A DNA stretch of 64,000 bases from Candidatus Fervidibacter sinensis (GTDB taxonomy: Bacteria > Armatimonadota > Fervidibacteria > Fervidibacterales > Fervidibacteraceae), in the NCBI GenBank assembly GCA_032161045.1, contig JAVHTH010000010.1; one strand, 5' to 3'. The notes under the pieces are model-generated. The model had not been told where the DNA came from and ran no database searches. It saw only the letters and a list, made by a program, of their open reading frames with translations. Positions 26,910-36,404 of the stretch are shown one piece after another; within the stretch, counting starts at the first letter, position 1; each line of letters begins with the position of its first letter. The position numbers and the translations under genes were made by a program.

Positions 26910-28267
26910 CGGAAATTTTGCGAAAGGGAAAGGTGGACATCAGTAAAAACATGACTGAGGGGGAAAGGCAAAGAGAGCGAGAACTAAACGCTCGCATCGT
27001 CCAAGCCAATGCTGAGTTGAGGTCACTTCTTTCCCAAAGACAAACCGACCAAGCAAAATTGGATGAAGTTTGTAAGCGATTAAATTCAGCCCGTCAAGAG
27101 TATGACGCTTTTCGGCGCAGCCTTTACTTGAAGTATCCTCAATTGGCTTTTCAGCGTGGTGAAGTTCAACCTTTGACTTTACAGCAAATTTTTCACTGGC
27201 TTCAAAGTGTGAAGGCAAAAGATGTGCTTGTGTTGGAATATCTCGTGTTGGATGAGCGGACATGGCTGTTCGTGCTACACGGGTCGGGAAATTTTCAGGT
27301 TTACCCAATTGACATCTCCCGCGAAGAGTTAGAGCGGAGAATTGAGGCTTTGAAATCAGCCATTCACCAAAAGGAGGAGGGAAAGGTCGGTGCACTTACC
27401 GCTTTTGAAAGGGCAATAAGGCAATTGGACATCCTAATTAAGCCCGTAATGCAACAAATTAATAGGGCAAAACAAGTTTGCATCGTCCCTGATGACATTT
27501 TGTGGGAAGTTCCTTTTGCTGCTCTCAAGACGCCTAAAGGTCGCTATCTTGTTGAGGTTTGTTCTGTCTTTTACGCCCCATCCATCACTTCCCTGAAAGC
27601 GATGCAAGAGATGAAGGAAATGAAGAAGCCATCAAAAACCCTGTTGGCGATGGCGCCTTTCGCCTATCCTGAGGGGAGCAAGCAAGCCATCCGAACCATC
27701 CCGCTGGTAGGCACTTTTGGTCCTTTGCCGGCCAGTCTTAAGGAAGTTTCAACTTTGGCAAAACTTTACAGTGTAAAACCTTACTTGCGTGAAGAAGCGA
27801 GGGAAAGTCAAGTGAAAACGAAAGGGCATCAAGTTGGCATCCTTCACTTTGCAACCCATGCGTTCTTTGAACCGTCGCAAGGTCTGTATTCGGGCATAGT
27901 TTTGGCAGAGGAGAAAGGTGAAGACGGTTTTTTGGAAGCAAGGGAAATTGTTGATTTGAACTTGCATGCGGATTTGGTTGTCCTATCTGCTTGCGAGACA
28001 GCAAAAGGTAAAATCCATCGCGGTGAAGGACTGATTGGTTTGACTTGGGCTTTCTTTGTTGCTGGATGCGCTTCAACAATCGTGAGCCAATGGAAAGTTA
28101 TGGATGAAAGCACAGCAGAACTGATGACGACTTTTTATAGTCACTTGAAGGCTGGAGCGAGTAAGGCAGAAGCCCTGCGTCAAGCACAATTGCATCTACT
28201 GCGCAATCGCAAATTTGCTCATCCCTTCTTCTGGTCCCCTTTCATCCTCATCGGCAATTGGCATTAA
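26810..28267 (+). CDS. CHAT (caspase-like) protease-domain portion of the TPR-CHAT protein
   Basis: ILHFATHA (His) and LVVLSACETAKG (Cys) dyad motifs, and a C-terminal HPFFWSPFILIG motif typical of CHAT domains. Confidence 0.8.
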   Translation: MVGSLRQPYILLFALRRYEEALQFLERAKARILTEILRKGKVDISKNMTEGERQRERELNARIVQANAELRSLLSQRQTDQAKLDEVCKRLNSARQEYDAFRRSLYLKYPQLAFQRGEVQPLTLQQIFHWLQSVKAKDVLVLEYLVLDERTWLFVLHGSGNFQVYPIDISREELERRIEALKSAIHQKEEGKVGALTAFERAIRQLDILIKPVMQQINRAKQVCIVPDDILWEVPFAALKTPKGRYLVEVCSVFYAPSITSLKAMQEMKEMKKPSKTLLAMAPFAYPEGSKQAIRTIPLVGTFGPLPASLKEVSTLAKLYSVKPYLREEARESQVKTKGHQVGILHFATHAFFEPSQGLYSGIVLAEEKGEDGFLEAREIVDLNLHADLVVLSACETAKGKIHRGEGLIGLTWAFFVAGCASTIVSQWKVMDESTAELMTTFYSHLKAGASKAEALRQAQLHLLRNRKFAHPFFWSPFILIGNWH

Positions 28268-28337
28268 ATGGAAGAAGGAAAGCGTGGTGCAAAATTGTAA
28301 GAAAGAAGACACGAGTGGGGATGAGGTGTAAAAACTA

Positions 28338-29003
28338 ATGGGCGAGGAGCAAAGTTCAAATCCAGTATTACCAATTACCGCCATTATTCTTGCCGCTGGG
28401 CAGGGCAGTAGGATGGGGGGCGGAAAACTTCTGCTTCCATTGGGCGATGCTACAGTGATTGAGCGAACGGTGCAAAGTTTGCTTTCTGCCCATGTCAGCG
28501 ATTTAGTCGTTGTCATAGGAGTTTACGGCTTAGCCATTGAGTATCATTTGCGAAAACTTCCCGTCCGGTTCGTAATCAATCCCGACCCTTCATCGGATAT
28601 GGCTGAAAGCATTAGGTGTGGGCTGAGAGTTGTCAACCCAACCCAAATTGAGGCGTTTCTTATCTTGCCAGCCGATATGCCCCTTGTCATGCCTGAGACC
28701 GTTCGCATTCTCGTTACTTCACTCCTTGACAGCAACAAATCTATCGCTGTGCCCGTTTTCCATAACCGTCGTGGTCACCCTGTGGTCTTCCGCTCAAACC
28801 TTTACGAACTCACTCTCAACTTCCGTAGCCCTCAAGGAATTCGTCCATTGGTTCACGGTGACCCATCGCAAGTTTTGCTGGTTGAAGTCAGTGACGAAGG
28901 TGTCATTGCAGACCTTGACAATTGGGATGATTACCGTCGGCTATTGAAATTGTGGGCACAAAGAAGAAGCCCCGCCCAATTGGGCGGGGATGAAGCAAGA
29001 TAA
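28338..29003 (+). CDS. MobA/MocA-like nucleotidyltransferase (NTP_transf_3)
   Basis: AIILAAGQGSRMGGGKLLLPL N-terminal signature. Confidence 0.65.
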   Translation: MGEEQSSNPVLPITAIILAAGQGSRMGGGKLLLPLGDATVIERTVQSLLSAHVSDLVVVIGVYGLAIEYHLRKLPVRFVINPDPSSDMAESIRCGLRVVNPTQIEAFLILPADMPLVMPETVRILVTSLLDSNKSIAVPVFHNRRGHPVVFRSNLYELTLNFRSPQGIRPLVHGDPSQVLLVEVSDEGVIADLDNWDDYRRLLKLWAQRRSPAQLGGDEAR

Positions 29004-29194
29004 GTGCGCTGGGCTGAGCGTTCCCCACTCGGCGATGCAAGCGCCATTTATATATGATGCTGCAAATCAAACGAAAGTTCCAAAACCGCGAGATCAGCAA
29101 GCGCTGGGTATAGCATTGTCAACCCTGCGATGCTAAAATGTTATCGCCTTCCGTTCGGAGGGTGGATGTGAATTTCTTGCGGAGGTGAGGAAGT

Positions 29195-29611
29195 ATGGCA
29201 TCGGAGCGGTTGAAGGAGTTGCTGAATCAGGCGATTGCGAGGGAGTTGCAGGTGTCAATCCAGTATATGTGGCAGCATGTGCTGGGGAAGGGACTTTGTA
29301 GCCCCGCTGTCCGCGATATCTTCAAGAAAATCGCCATCACCGAAATGAAGCACGCAGAAGCAATTGCAGAAAGGCTTGACTACCTCGGAGGTAAACCCAC
29401 AACACAGCCTGCCCCAATTACCGTCGGCGAGAGCCTTGAGGAAATGATCCGAGTTGACATCAAAGCAGAGGAAGAAGCCATTGCCCTCTACAAGCAAATC
29501 ATTGAGCAAGCAGTATCTGAGGGCGATTATGTGACTGAGGATTTGTTCCGCTCAATTCTCGCTGATGAGGAAGAGCACCACAACGAATTCCAGTCACTGT
29601 TAGGACAGTGA
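29195..29611 (+). CDS. Ferritin-like / bacterioferritin-family protein
   Basis: Four-helix di-iron ligand pattern (ELQVSIQY, EMKHAE, EEEAI, EEEHHNEF). Confidence 0.65.
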   Translation: MASERLKELLNQAIARELQVSIQYMWQHVLGKGLCSPAVRDIFKKIAITEMKHAEAIAERLDYLGGKPTTQPAPITVGESLEEMIRVDIKAEEEAIALYKQIIEQAVSEGDYVTEDLFRSILADEEEHHNEFQSLLGQ

Positions 29612-29646
29612 ACCTCGCCTTCGTTTCTACTCTGTTAATAGCTTAG

Positions 29647-29690
29647 CCTCAGGTAATTCTCCCTGTGTTACCTGAGGCGCTGTTAGTTTT
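29647..29690 (+). terminator. Rho-independent terminator
   Basis: CCTCAGGTAA-11 nt-TTACCTGAGG perfect 10-bp stem, followed by a T-rich tract. Confidence 0.7.
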
Positions 29691-29731
29691 ATGCGTCACC
29701 GAATTTTCAAGCGACTAAATTTAGTCAAGGG

Positions 29732-31987
29732 GTGATGGGAATGTCGGCTCGGGTGAAGGAACTTTTGGCGAAGATGACCCTTGAGGAAAAAGTTGCTCAA
29801 CTTGGCTCAATTTCGGCGCACAGGCTCATGACCGACGGTAAGTTTGATATTGCCAAGGCGCGGGAACTGCTCAAGCATGGTATTGGTCAAATCACTCGCG
29901 TTGCTGGTGGGAGTAATTTACCTCCTAAGGAAGCAGCCCAACTCGCCAATGAAATCCAACGCTTCCTCATTGAGGAGACCCGGTTAGGCATTCCTGCAAT
30001 TGTGCACGAAGAGTGCCTTAGCGGATTGATGGCAAGGGGAACGACGACTTTCCCTCAAGCCATAAATCTGGCAAGCACTTTTGACCCCGATTTAGTTCGC
30101 GAGATGACAACTGCTATTCGGAAGGAAATGAGGGCGGTCGGTGCACATCAAGGTTTGTCACCCGTTTTGGATGTCCTTCGCGACCCCCGTTGGGGGCGAA
30201 CGGAAGAAACTTTTGGCGAGGACCCATACTTGATTGCTTGCATGGCAGTTGCCTACATCACAGGTTTGCAAGGCGATGATCTGAGGCAAGGCATTGTGGC
30301 AACAGCAAAACACTTCTCAGGTCACGGCTGGCCCGAAGGTGGTCGCAACTGTGCTCCCGTCCATGTCGGTCCAAGGGAATTTCGTGAAGTCCTTTCTTTC
30401 CCCTTTGAAGCGGCGGTTCGTGTGGCAAAAGTGCAATCAATTATGAACGCTTACCACGACATTGACGGCATCCCCTGCGCCGCCTCCCGCGAACTCTTGA
30501 CAGATTTGTTGCGAGGCGAATGGGGATTTGACGGCATCGTTGTCTCAGACTACGGAGCAGTCCACATGCTGTTTAATGTCCACAGGGTGGCAGTTGACGA
30601 GAAAGACGCCGCCTGCCAAGCGCTTTACGCCGGCATTGACATTGAATTGCCCGATATTCACTGCTACGCAAAGTTGGTTGACGCTGTGCGGGAAGGGCTG
30701 ATTTCTGAGGCGATCATTGATGAAGCCGTTAAACGAGTGCTGACCGTTAAGGAGAGACTTGGATTGTTTGACAACCCACTGTTCGTTGACCCAGATGCTG
30801 CAGCGGCTATCTGTGACGCTCCCGAACATCGTCAACTTGCCCGTTTGATTGCCCAGAAATCAATTGTGTTGCTCAAAAACGACGGCAATTTGCTGCCACT
30901 GCGGAAAGATTTGTCAAGCATCGCTGTCATAGGACCAAATGCCCATGATCCGCGCAACATGCTTGGCGATTACGCATATGTGGCTCACTTGGACTTGAAA
31001 GAACCACCAGTGCCAATTGTGACTGTCCTTGAAGGCATTAAGGCAAAGGTTTCGACCGGCACGAAAGTTCTCCACGCTAAGGGCTGTGAGGTCTTTGGTG
31101 GGACAACCGAAGGAATTACGGAAGCAGTTGAAGTTGCAAAACAGGCGGAGGTCGTTGTTCTGGTAGTTGGTGACCGCTCAGGTTTATTCGGCAGAGGGAC
31201 AGTTGGCGAAGGCTGTGACCGAGTTGATTTGCGGTTGCCGGGTCACCAAGAGGAACTCGTTAGGGCTGTAGTTGAAACAGGCAAGCCCGTTGTGTTGGTG
31301 CTCATTAACGGTCGTCCAGTGACGCTTGGAGACCTTATTGACAAAATCCCAGCGATTGTTGAGGCTTGGTTCCCCGGTGAAGAAGGTGGTAACGCTGTCG
31401 CCGATGTCCTGTTTGGCGATGTTAACCCCGGTGGCAAACTTCCCATCACTTTCCCCAAAGTCGTTGGGCAAGTTCCATTGCACTACAGCCGTGCTCCACT
31501 TTCACACCGTGATTATGTGGAAATGCGCAATCTTCCGCAATTCCCGTTCGGGCACGGTCTCAGTTACACGAAGTTTGAATACAGTGACTTGACAATTGCA
31601 CCAGAAAAGGTTTCACCCGCAGGCACTGTCTCAATCTCCGTGACTGTCAAAAATGTCGGTGACCGAGAAGGCGACGAGGTCGTGCAGTTGTATGTTCGGG
31701 ATGTGGTCGCGAGCCGAGTTCGCCCCGTCAAGGAACTTAAGGGCTTCAAGCGTGTGACTTTGAAGCCGGGCGAGGCGAAGCGAGTGACATTCCACCTCTC
31801 CGCTGATCAACTGGCATTTTACGACCGAACGATGAGGTTCGTGGTTGAACCCGGCACCATTGAGGTCATGGTCGGAAGTTCGTCTGAGGATATAAGGCTC
31901 ACCGGCAAGTTTGAAATTGTGGGTGAAATCAGGGAAGTTCCCGGCGAAAGGGTCATGTTCACGCAGGTTGAAGTTGAGCCTGCTTGA
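29732..31987 (+). CDS. GH3 beta-glucosidase / beta-xylosidase-like
   Basis: LDVLRDPRWGRTEETFGEDP, KHFSGHG, VVSDYGA and GEGCDRVDLRLPG motifs. C-terminal Fn3-like domain. Confidence 0.9.
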   Translation: MMGMSARVKELLAKMTLEEKVAQLGSISAHRLMTDGKFDIAKARELLKHGIGQITRVAGGSNLPPKEAAQLANEIQRFLIEETRLGIPAIVHEECLSGLMARGTTTFPQAINLASTFDPDLVREMTTAIRKEMRAVGAHQGLSPVLDVLRDPRWGRTEETFGEDPYLIACMAVAYITGLQGDDLRQGIVATAKHFSGHGWPEGGRNCAPVHVGPREFREVLSFPFEAAVRVAKVQSIMNAYHDIDGIPCAASRELLTDLLRGEWGFDGIVVSDYGAVHMLFNVHRVAVDEKDAACQALYAGIDIELPDIHCYAKLVDAVREGLISEAIIDEAVKRVLTVKERLGLFDNPLFVDPDAAAAICDAPEHRQLARLIAQKSIVLLKNDGNLLPLRKDLSSIAVIGPNAHDPRNMLGDYAYVAHLDLKEPPVPIVTVLEGIKAKVSTGTKVLHAKGCEVFGGTTEGITEAVEVAKQAEVVVLVVGDRSGLFGRGTVGEGCDRVDLRLPGHQEELVRAVVETGKPVVLVLINGRPVTLGDLIDKIPAIVEAWFPGEEGGNAVADVLFGDVNPGGKLPITFPKVVGQVPLHYSRAPLSHRDYVEMRNLPQFPFGHGLSYTKFEYSDLTIAPEKVSPAGTVSISVTVKNVGDREGDEVVQLYVRDVVASRVRPVKELKGFKRVTLKPGEAKRVTFHLSADQLAFYDRTMRFVVEPGTIEVMVGSSSEDIRLTGKFEIVGEIREVPGERVMFTQVEVEPA

Positions 31988-32029
31988 CAAGCGAGTTTGA
32001 ACTAACTGCTTTAGCACCACACAGGTATA

Positions 32030-32056
32030 GCGTCGGGGCTCCCCCCGATGCTTTTT
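32030..32056 (+). terminator. Terminator hairpin between convergent genes
   Basis: GCGTCGGGG-ctcc-CCCCGATGC followed by TTTTT. Confidence 0.6.
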
Positions 32057-32071
32057 GTTGCCGAGAGAGAC

Positions 32072-34741
32072 TTAGGGCAATCCCTCTGTAATCGGCACTG
32101 AAGAAACACCAGTGATTGCAACGAGCAGTGGTGCTGCTTCTTCGTGGGAAGAATAAAAGCGGATTTTGTGGACGACGGTTTCGTTCTCAAGGGAAACTGT
32201 CAAGGCGTTGAGGGAGAGAGTTCCTTTGCTCGTTCTCCACCTCCAAGCAAATGAAGCCCTCGCATCGCGCAAAGGTTGGTTGTCTGTCAACGCCCGTATT
32301 TGCTGACCATATTGAAGAGTCACGGTAATTTTTCTGTCACCGTCAAGGGAAATTTCGTAGCCACCGACAAAAGCGTTTTCTGGCACAGGTATGTCAGTCG
32401 CGTGGATGAAAGTGAGTTCAACTGCCGGTTCGTTCACTTCCAACACAACTTCGTCAGGAGCGCCTGTTAACCAAGCCCCTTTGAGCGCGACCGCCTTCAA
32501 ACTCCCGCTTTCATCTGATGCCAACCAAAAGAGCCTACGGTTGAGCCAGCGTCTACCTCCCAGAAGTTGCGAAGATGGGACGCCAATAATTTTGGCAATT
32601 GTTAAGTTCGCTGCAGGTGACAAGTCAACCACGAATCCGCCCATTGGCTGAATTGTTGGTCCACGCCACAAGGTTTCAAAAACATTCCATGCTGAATAAC
32701 CGCGCGAAAGCGCGGACCCTGATGCATTCCAGAATTGCTCTGCAGCAATGATGTAAGCGGCAAATTGGTCGGGGAAATCGCGCAATGAGTTTCGGTTGTT
32801 CCCAAATCCAGTCCAAGTCGTCTGAAGCATCCCTATCGCTCCTGCCTCTTTCGCAACCTTACTGAACTCAACGATGGTCCGGGAATTCCGCCATGTTGCG
32901 CCTATAACTTCAAACCCTTCTCGCTTAAACACCTCAACACTTGGATACCTTGGAGCAGGCTGGTAGTGCCAATCAACGATTACAATATCGCGCGGGATCA
33001 ACTTGCGAGCCAGCCAGAAGTTATGGGGTTCGCCACCATGAGCGGCATCAAAGGCTTCGTCGGGTCGCAACAGCATATCGCCCCACATCATCACACCGAC
33101 GCCCCGCGATTTGAGGAACTCATAAAGCCTCTTGACATCTTCAGCAAAAAGCATGTGGGGTTGCATTCCTTGGCAACGGATACAAGAAACAAATCGTCCG
33201 CGACTTAAAACTTCGTCGTGCCCGATGTGAACCCATTTGGGGTTAAAAAGTGTCAACACCTCCTCAAGCAGGTCAAAAACGATGCGGTAAGTTTGCTCCA
33301 AGTTAGGACAGTAAAGGTAAGCAGTGGTTGGGTCTTCTGCGATCTCCGCGTTCACTTTAGGCGGTCCTCCCGCCAAACTACCGAACAAGTATTCGCAATG
33401 GCTTAAAGTCGGAAGCAGCGGGATAACTTCCATATTGTTGGCTTCCGCTCTCTTCAGCAACTCCCTAACGCCTTCCTTGGGCAGCGACCAAGGTTGCCAA
33501 ATTTCGGGATGGCGTTCCCATTTGATATGGTCTACCTGCATCACGATTTTGTTGAACTTCAACGGCGCAAAAACTTGCTCAATCAACTTACCGTGAAGTT
33601 CGGGCGAATAGTCGTCAAGGACGACATGAACGCCGCGAAAAGCGAAATCGGGAAAGTCGCGGATGAAAACCCCCGGCACTATGACTGCTCCATCATCGGT
33701 CAAGCGCATAAGTTGCTTGAGCGTTTGAACAGCCCAGAAAGCGCCGTTAGGGTCGGATGCGAAAATCCAAACACCTTGAGCGGATGCAACCAACGCATAG
33801 CCTTCCATCGGCAAGTCCTGACCAAGAGTTGGTTCTTCCTTTGCCGCTTTTTCCCTCAGCGGGCTGTTGTAAGGTGCAAAAACGATACCCCGCTCTAGTG
33901 GCAATTCATTAGACCATTTACGGACAATCACTTGTCTGAGCCAACGAGATTGCAAGTAAGTTCGCAGGTTCTCTGCCGCTTTGAGGAAGGAGTCGTCGGT
34001 GACAAAGACAAAAACTTGTCGCCCAAACCTGAAAGATTCATCCTTCCACTGGAGCAATTTGGGTTTCGGGATGAGCGGCAATTCCCAAAACTCACCTTGA
34101 ATCAGGTCAATTGGGTGAACGACAGCATTTCCTTTTGGTTGTTCAGTCAATAGCCAATGGGGAGGTAAGCGCAACTCTAATTGGGCGTTGAAAACCTTTA
34201 CGCCGGCAGGATAGACCAGTTCAGCGACTAAACCCACAGAAGTTTGTCGCCACCGAGTTTGTGCATTGACGCCACCAATGTTGATGGTGACTGCGCCGAA
34301 AACCGTCATCCCGGACCATTCATCCGATGTAGGCAAGTTTGTAACACCACGGAACAAATTAGGGTTGACAATTGCCACACGCCAAACATTTGAGGTCGGA
34401 GACTTAAGCGAATTCTGCGCAACCAAGTTTAACCCGTTGATCGTCAGTCCAACGAACCAAGTCCCTTCCCCGCTACTCCCTTGAAACCTGAGGGTTGCCA
34501 TTTGACCCCGCCAATGACCTTTCAAAAACTCCAAACCCACAGGTGGGATTAAAGTCAAAACCTTCGCTTGGTGTCGGTGAACCACGATTTGGTTGTTTGC
34601 GACCGTGATTCGCCAACTTCCCCAATGCCAATCAAAATCTGATGGCGATTGGGCACCGGCTTTCGCGTCCCAAATAGCGAGCAAAATCATCGCAACCGAT
34701 GCTAATTTCACCGTCGCAAAAGTTCTAAAAACCTGCCTCAA
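32072..34741 (-). CDS. Large secreted GH20-like glycosidase with extra N- and C-terminal domains
   Basis: Signal peptide. WVHIGHDEV, MMWGDML and VDWHYQP motifs shared with the 13982-15076 product. Confidence 0.6.
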   Translation of the reverse strand: MRQVFRTFATVKLASVAMILLAIWDAKAGAQSPSDFDWHWGSWRITVANNQIVVHRHQAKVLTLIPPVGLEFLKGHWRGQMATLRFQGSSGEGTWFVGLTINGLNLVAQNSLKSPTSNVWRVAIVNPNLFRGVTNLPTSDEWSGMTVFGAVTINIGGVNAQTRWRQTSVGLVAELVYPAGVKVFNAQLELRLPPHWLLTEQPKGNAVVHPIDLIQGEFWELPLIPKPKLLQWKDESFRFGRQVFVFVTDDSFLKAAENLRTYLQSRWLRQVIVRKWSNELPLERGIVFAPYNSPLREKAAKEEPTLGQDLPMEGYALVASAQGVWIFASDPNGAFWAVQTLKQLMRLTDDGAVIVPGVFIRDFPDFAFRGVHVVLDDYSPELHGKLIEQVFAPLKFNKIVMQVDHIKWERHPEIWQPWSLPKEGVRELLKRAEANNMEVIPLLPTLSHCEYLFGSLAGGPPKVNAEIAEDPTTAYLYCPNLEQTYRIVFDLLEEVLTLFNPKWVHIGHDEVLSRGRFVSCIRCQGMQPHMLFAEDVKRLYEFLKSRGVGVMMWGDMLLRPDEAFDAAHGGEPHNFWLARKLIPRDIVIVDWHYQPAPRYPSVEVFKREGFEVIGATWRNSRTIVEFSKVAKEAGAIGMLQTTWTGFGNNRNSLRDFPDQFAAYIIAAEQFWNASGSALSRGYSAWNVFETLWRGPTIQPMGGFVVDLSPAANLTIAKIIGVPSSQLLGGRRWLNRRLFWLASDESGSLKAVALKGAWLTGAPDEVVLEVNEPAVELTFIHATDIPVPENAFVGGYEISLDGDRKITVTLQYGQQIRALTDNQPLRDARASFAWRWRTSKGTLSLNALTVSLENETVVHKIRFYSSHEEAAPLLVAITGVSSVPITEGLP

Positions 34742-34919
34742 ATCACCGACCTCCTTTCGTTAGCCAATCGGCCAAATTGTCCCACCGAAAACTTGTGTCA
34801 GCAAATCGCCTTTTGGCTTCATAATAGTTTACGGCAAACCGCTGTCAAAGAAAGCGGCTCAAGTTCACTTTCGGCAGTTTGCTGTTAACAACGCTACAGC
34901 GACAGGGAGGGAACGAAAA

Positions 34920-36131
34920 ATGCGTTGGAGGGGTTTTCCAGCAATCGCTACCTTTGTCGTCGTTGCTAACTTGACAATCTTGTGTGCGGCTCAAAAGAAA
35001 GTGTCCGAAGTTTCACCGAAGACGAGACAAGTCGTCAGCGCTTACAACGAATTTGGCTTTCGGGTTTTCAAGCGACTGGCGGCACCTGCTGCCCAGAACA
35101 ATGTCTTCATCGCTCCTTCCAGCATCGCAATTGCCCTGACGATCGCTTACAATGGTGCTGTGGGCGAAACCAAAAAAGCGATGGCGAAAGCGATGGGGCT
35201 TGAGGACATCTCTGACGAAGTTGTCAACAACGCGAACCTTGAACTTCGGCAACTTTTCGGGAAAATTGACCCCAAGACCGAACTCCTTGTAGCAAATGCC
35301 CTTTGGTTGCGAAAGGGTGTAAAGTTCCGCGAAGAATTCCTGACGCTGAGCCGCAAGTTCTTTGACGCTGAAATTAACCCGCTGACAACTGCAAAAGCCA
35401 TCAACGACTGGGTTGCCCAAAAGACGAAGGGGAAAATCAACCGCATTGTTGACAGAGTTGAGCCTTTTTGGGTTTGGGTCATCGCGAACGCCGTTTACTT
35501 CAAAGGTTTGTGGCAAAAGAAATTTGACAAACGACTGACCAAACCCGAGGATTTCCACCTGCCGACGGGCGAAAAAATCAAAGTGCCGATGATGAGCCAA
35601 TCTGGCAAGTTCCCTTATCTGCGAGGCGAAGGCTTTCAGGCTGTTTGTTTGCCTTACGGAGAAACAGGTCGGCTTAAGTTTTACCTTTTCGTGACCGACA
35701 AAGGCAAATCGCTGGCAGGTTTCTTGCAAATGTTGAACCAACAAAATTGGGAGCGATGGATTGCGAGTTTCCGAATGATGGACGGAGATGTCAAGATGCC
35801 GAGGTTCAAGATAGAGTATGGAGCAGTGAGCCTAAAGAGACCACTTACTGCTTTGGGGATGGGAATTGCGTTTGACCTGCGTCGTGCTGACTTCTCTAAA
35901 GCAAGCCCGATTGAGCCTAACCTCTACATTGAGGATGTCCTACACAAGGCTGTCGTTGAAGTCAACGAAGAGGGAACAGAAGCAGCGGGCGTCACCGCTA
36001 TATTTGGCGTTCCAGCAATTGGAGGTCCAATAGGGCGATTTACACTCGTTGCCGACCGCCCATTTTTCTTCGCCATTTGCGATTCTTTGACTGGGTTTGT
36101 GTTGTTTACGGGCATCGTGAATAAGCCATAA
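34920..36131 (+). CDS. Secreted serpin (serine protease inhibitor)
   Basis: SP(S)SIAIAL...NGA motif, FKGLWQKKF, inhibitory-type hinge EEGTEAAGVTA, C-terminal DRPFFF. N-terminal signal peptide. Confidence 0.85.
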   Translation: MRWRGFPAIATFVVVANLTILCAAQKKVSEVSPKTRQVVSAYNEFGFRVFKRLAAPAAQNNVFIAPSSIAIALTIAYNGAVGETKKAMAKAMGLEDISDEVVNNANLELRQLFGKIDPKTELLVANALWLRKGVKFREEFLTLSRKFFDAEINPLTTAKAINDWVAQKTKGKINRIVDRVEPFWVWVIANAVYFKGLWQKKFDKRLTKPEDFHLPTGEKIKVPMMSQSGKFPYLRGEGFQAVCLPYGETGRLKFYLFVTDKGKSLAGFLQMLNQQNWERWIASFRMMDGDVKMPRFKIEYGAVSLKRPLTALGMGIAFDLRRADFSKASPIEPNLYIEDVLHKAVVEVNEEGTEAAGVTAIFGVPAIGGPIGRFTLVADRPFFFAICDSLTGFVLFTGIVNKP

Positions 36132-36135
36132 AGAT

Positions 36136-36160
36136 GGGAGGGCGAGGCTCCCGCCGAGCC
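36136..36160 (+). repeat. Family-C element GGGAGGGCGAGGCTCCCGCCGAGCC
   Basis: Starts 5 nt after the serpin stop codon. Same sequence family as 15137, 39686 and 58024. Confidence 0.7.
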
Positions 36161-36404
36161 AAAATAGGTGCGGAGTGCGGTGTGCGGAGTGCTGGGTTCT
36201 TCAGCAATTCGGCAAATGGGCAGGTCGGGTTAAAATGCACGCTTGCACTCCTGCAAGATTGCACGAAAAACGCGCAATGAATTTTTTCGGCTCACCAGAG
36301 GTTCGCCCTCCATGTGACTTCTACAAAGCCCAAATTTTCAATCTCGCACTTGAACATCCCCAAAAAATCTCCCGAAGCGCCAAACTTATTTGCGGTGTAA
36401 CGGG

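Noticed and set aside
29116-29139. Sigma-70 promoter upstream of the ferritin-like gene (TTGTCA ... TGCTAAAAT)
   Set aside because: The spacer between the -35-like and -10-like hexamers is only 12 nt. An extended -10 (TGnTAAAAT) alone remains possible, but the evidence is too weak to annotate.
31184-31260. GRGT-containing peptide in GH3 (GLFGRGTVGEGCDRVDL) as another heptad module
   Set aside because: The nucleotide sequence is not in GGGACGN heptad register, and the peptide is part of a conserved GH3 motif.
35013-35744. 243-aa minus-strand ORF (and similar long antisense ORFs at 14153-14824, 36321-36986, 38688-39413, 45172-45819, 60865-61452)
   Set aside because: Each lies opposite a CDS with clear family motifs (serpin, GH20-like, GH78-like, NifS, atpG). 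None has recognisable motifs or a good start context.
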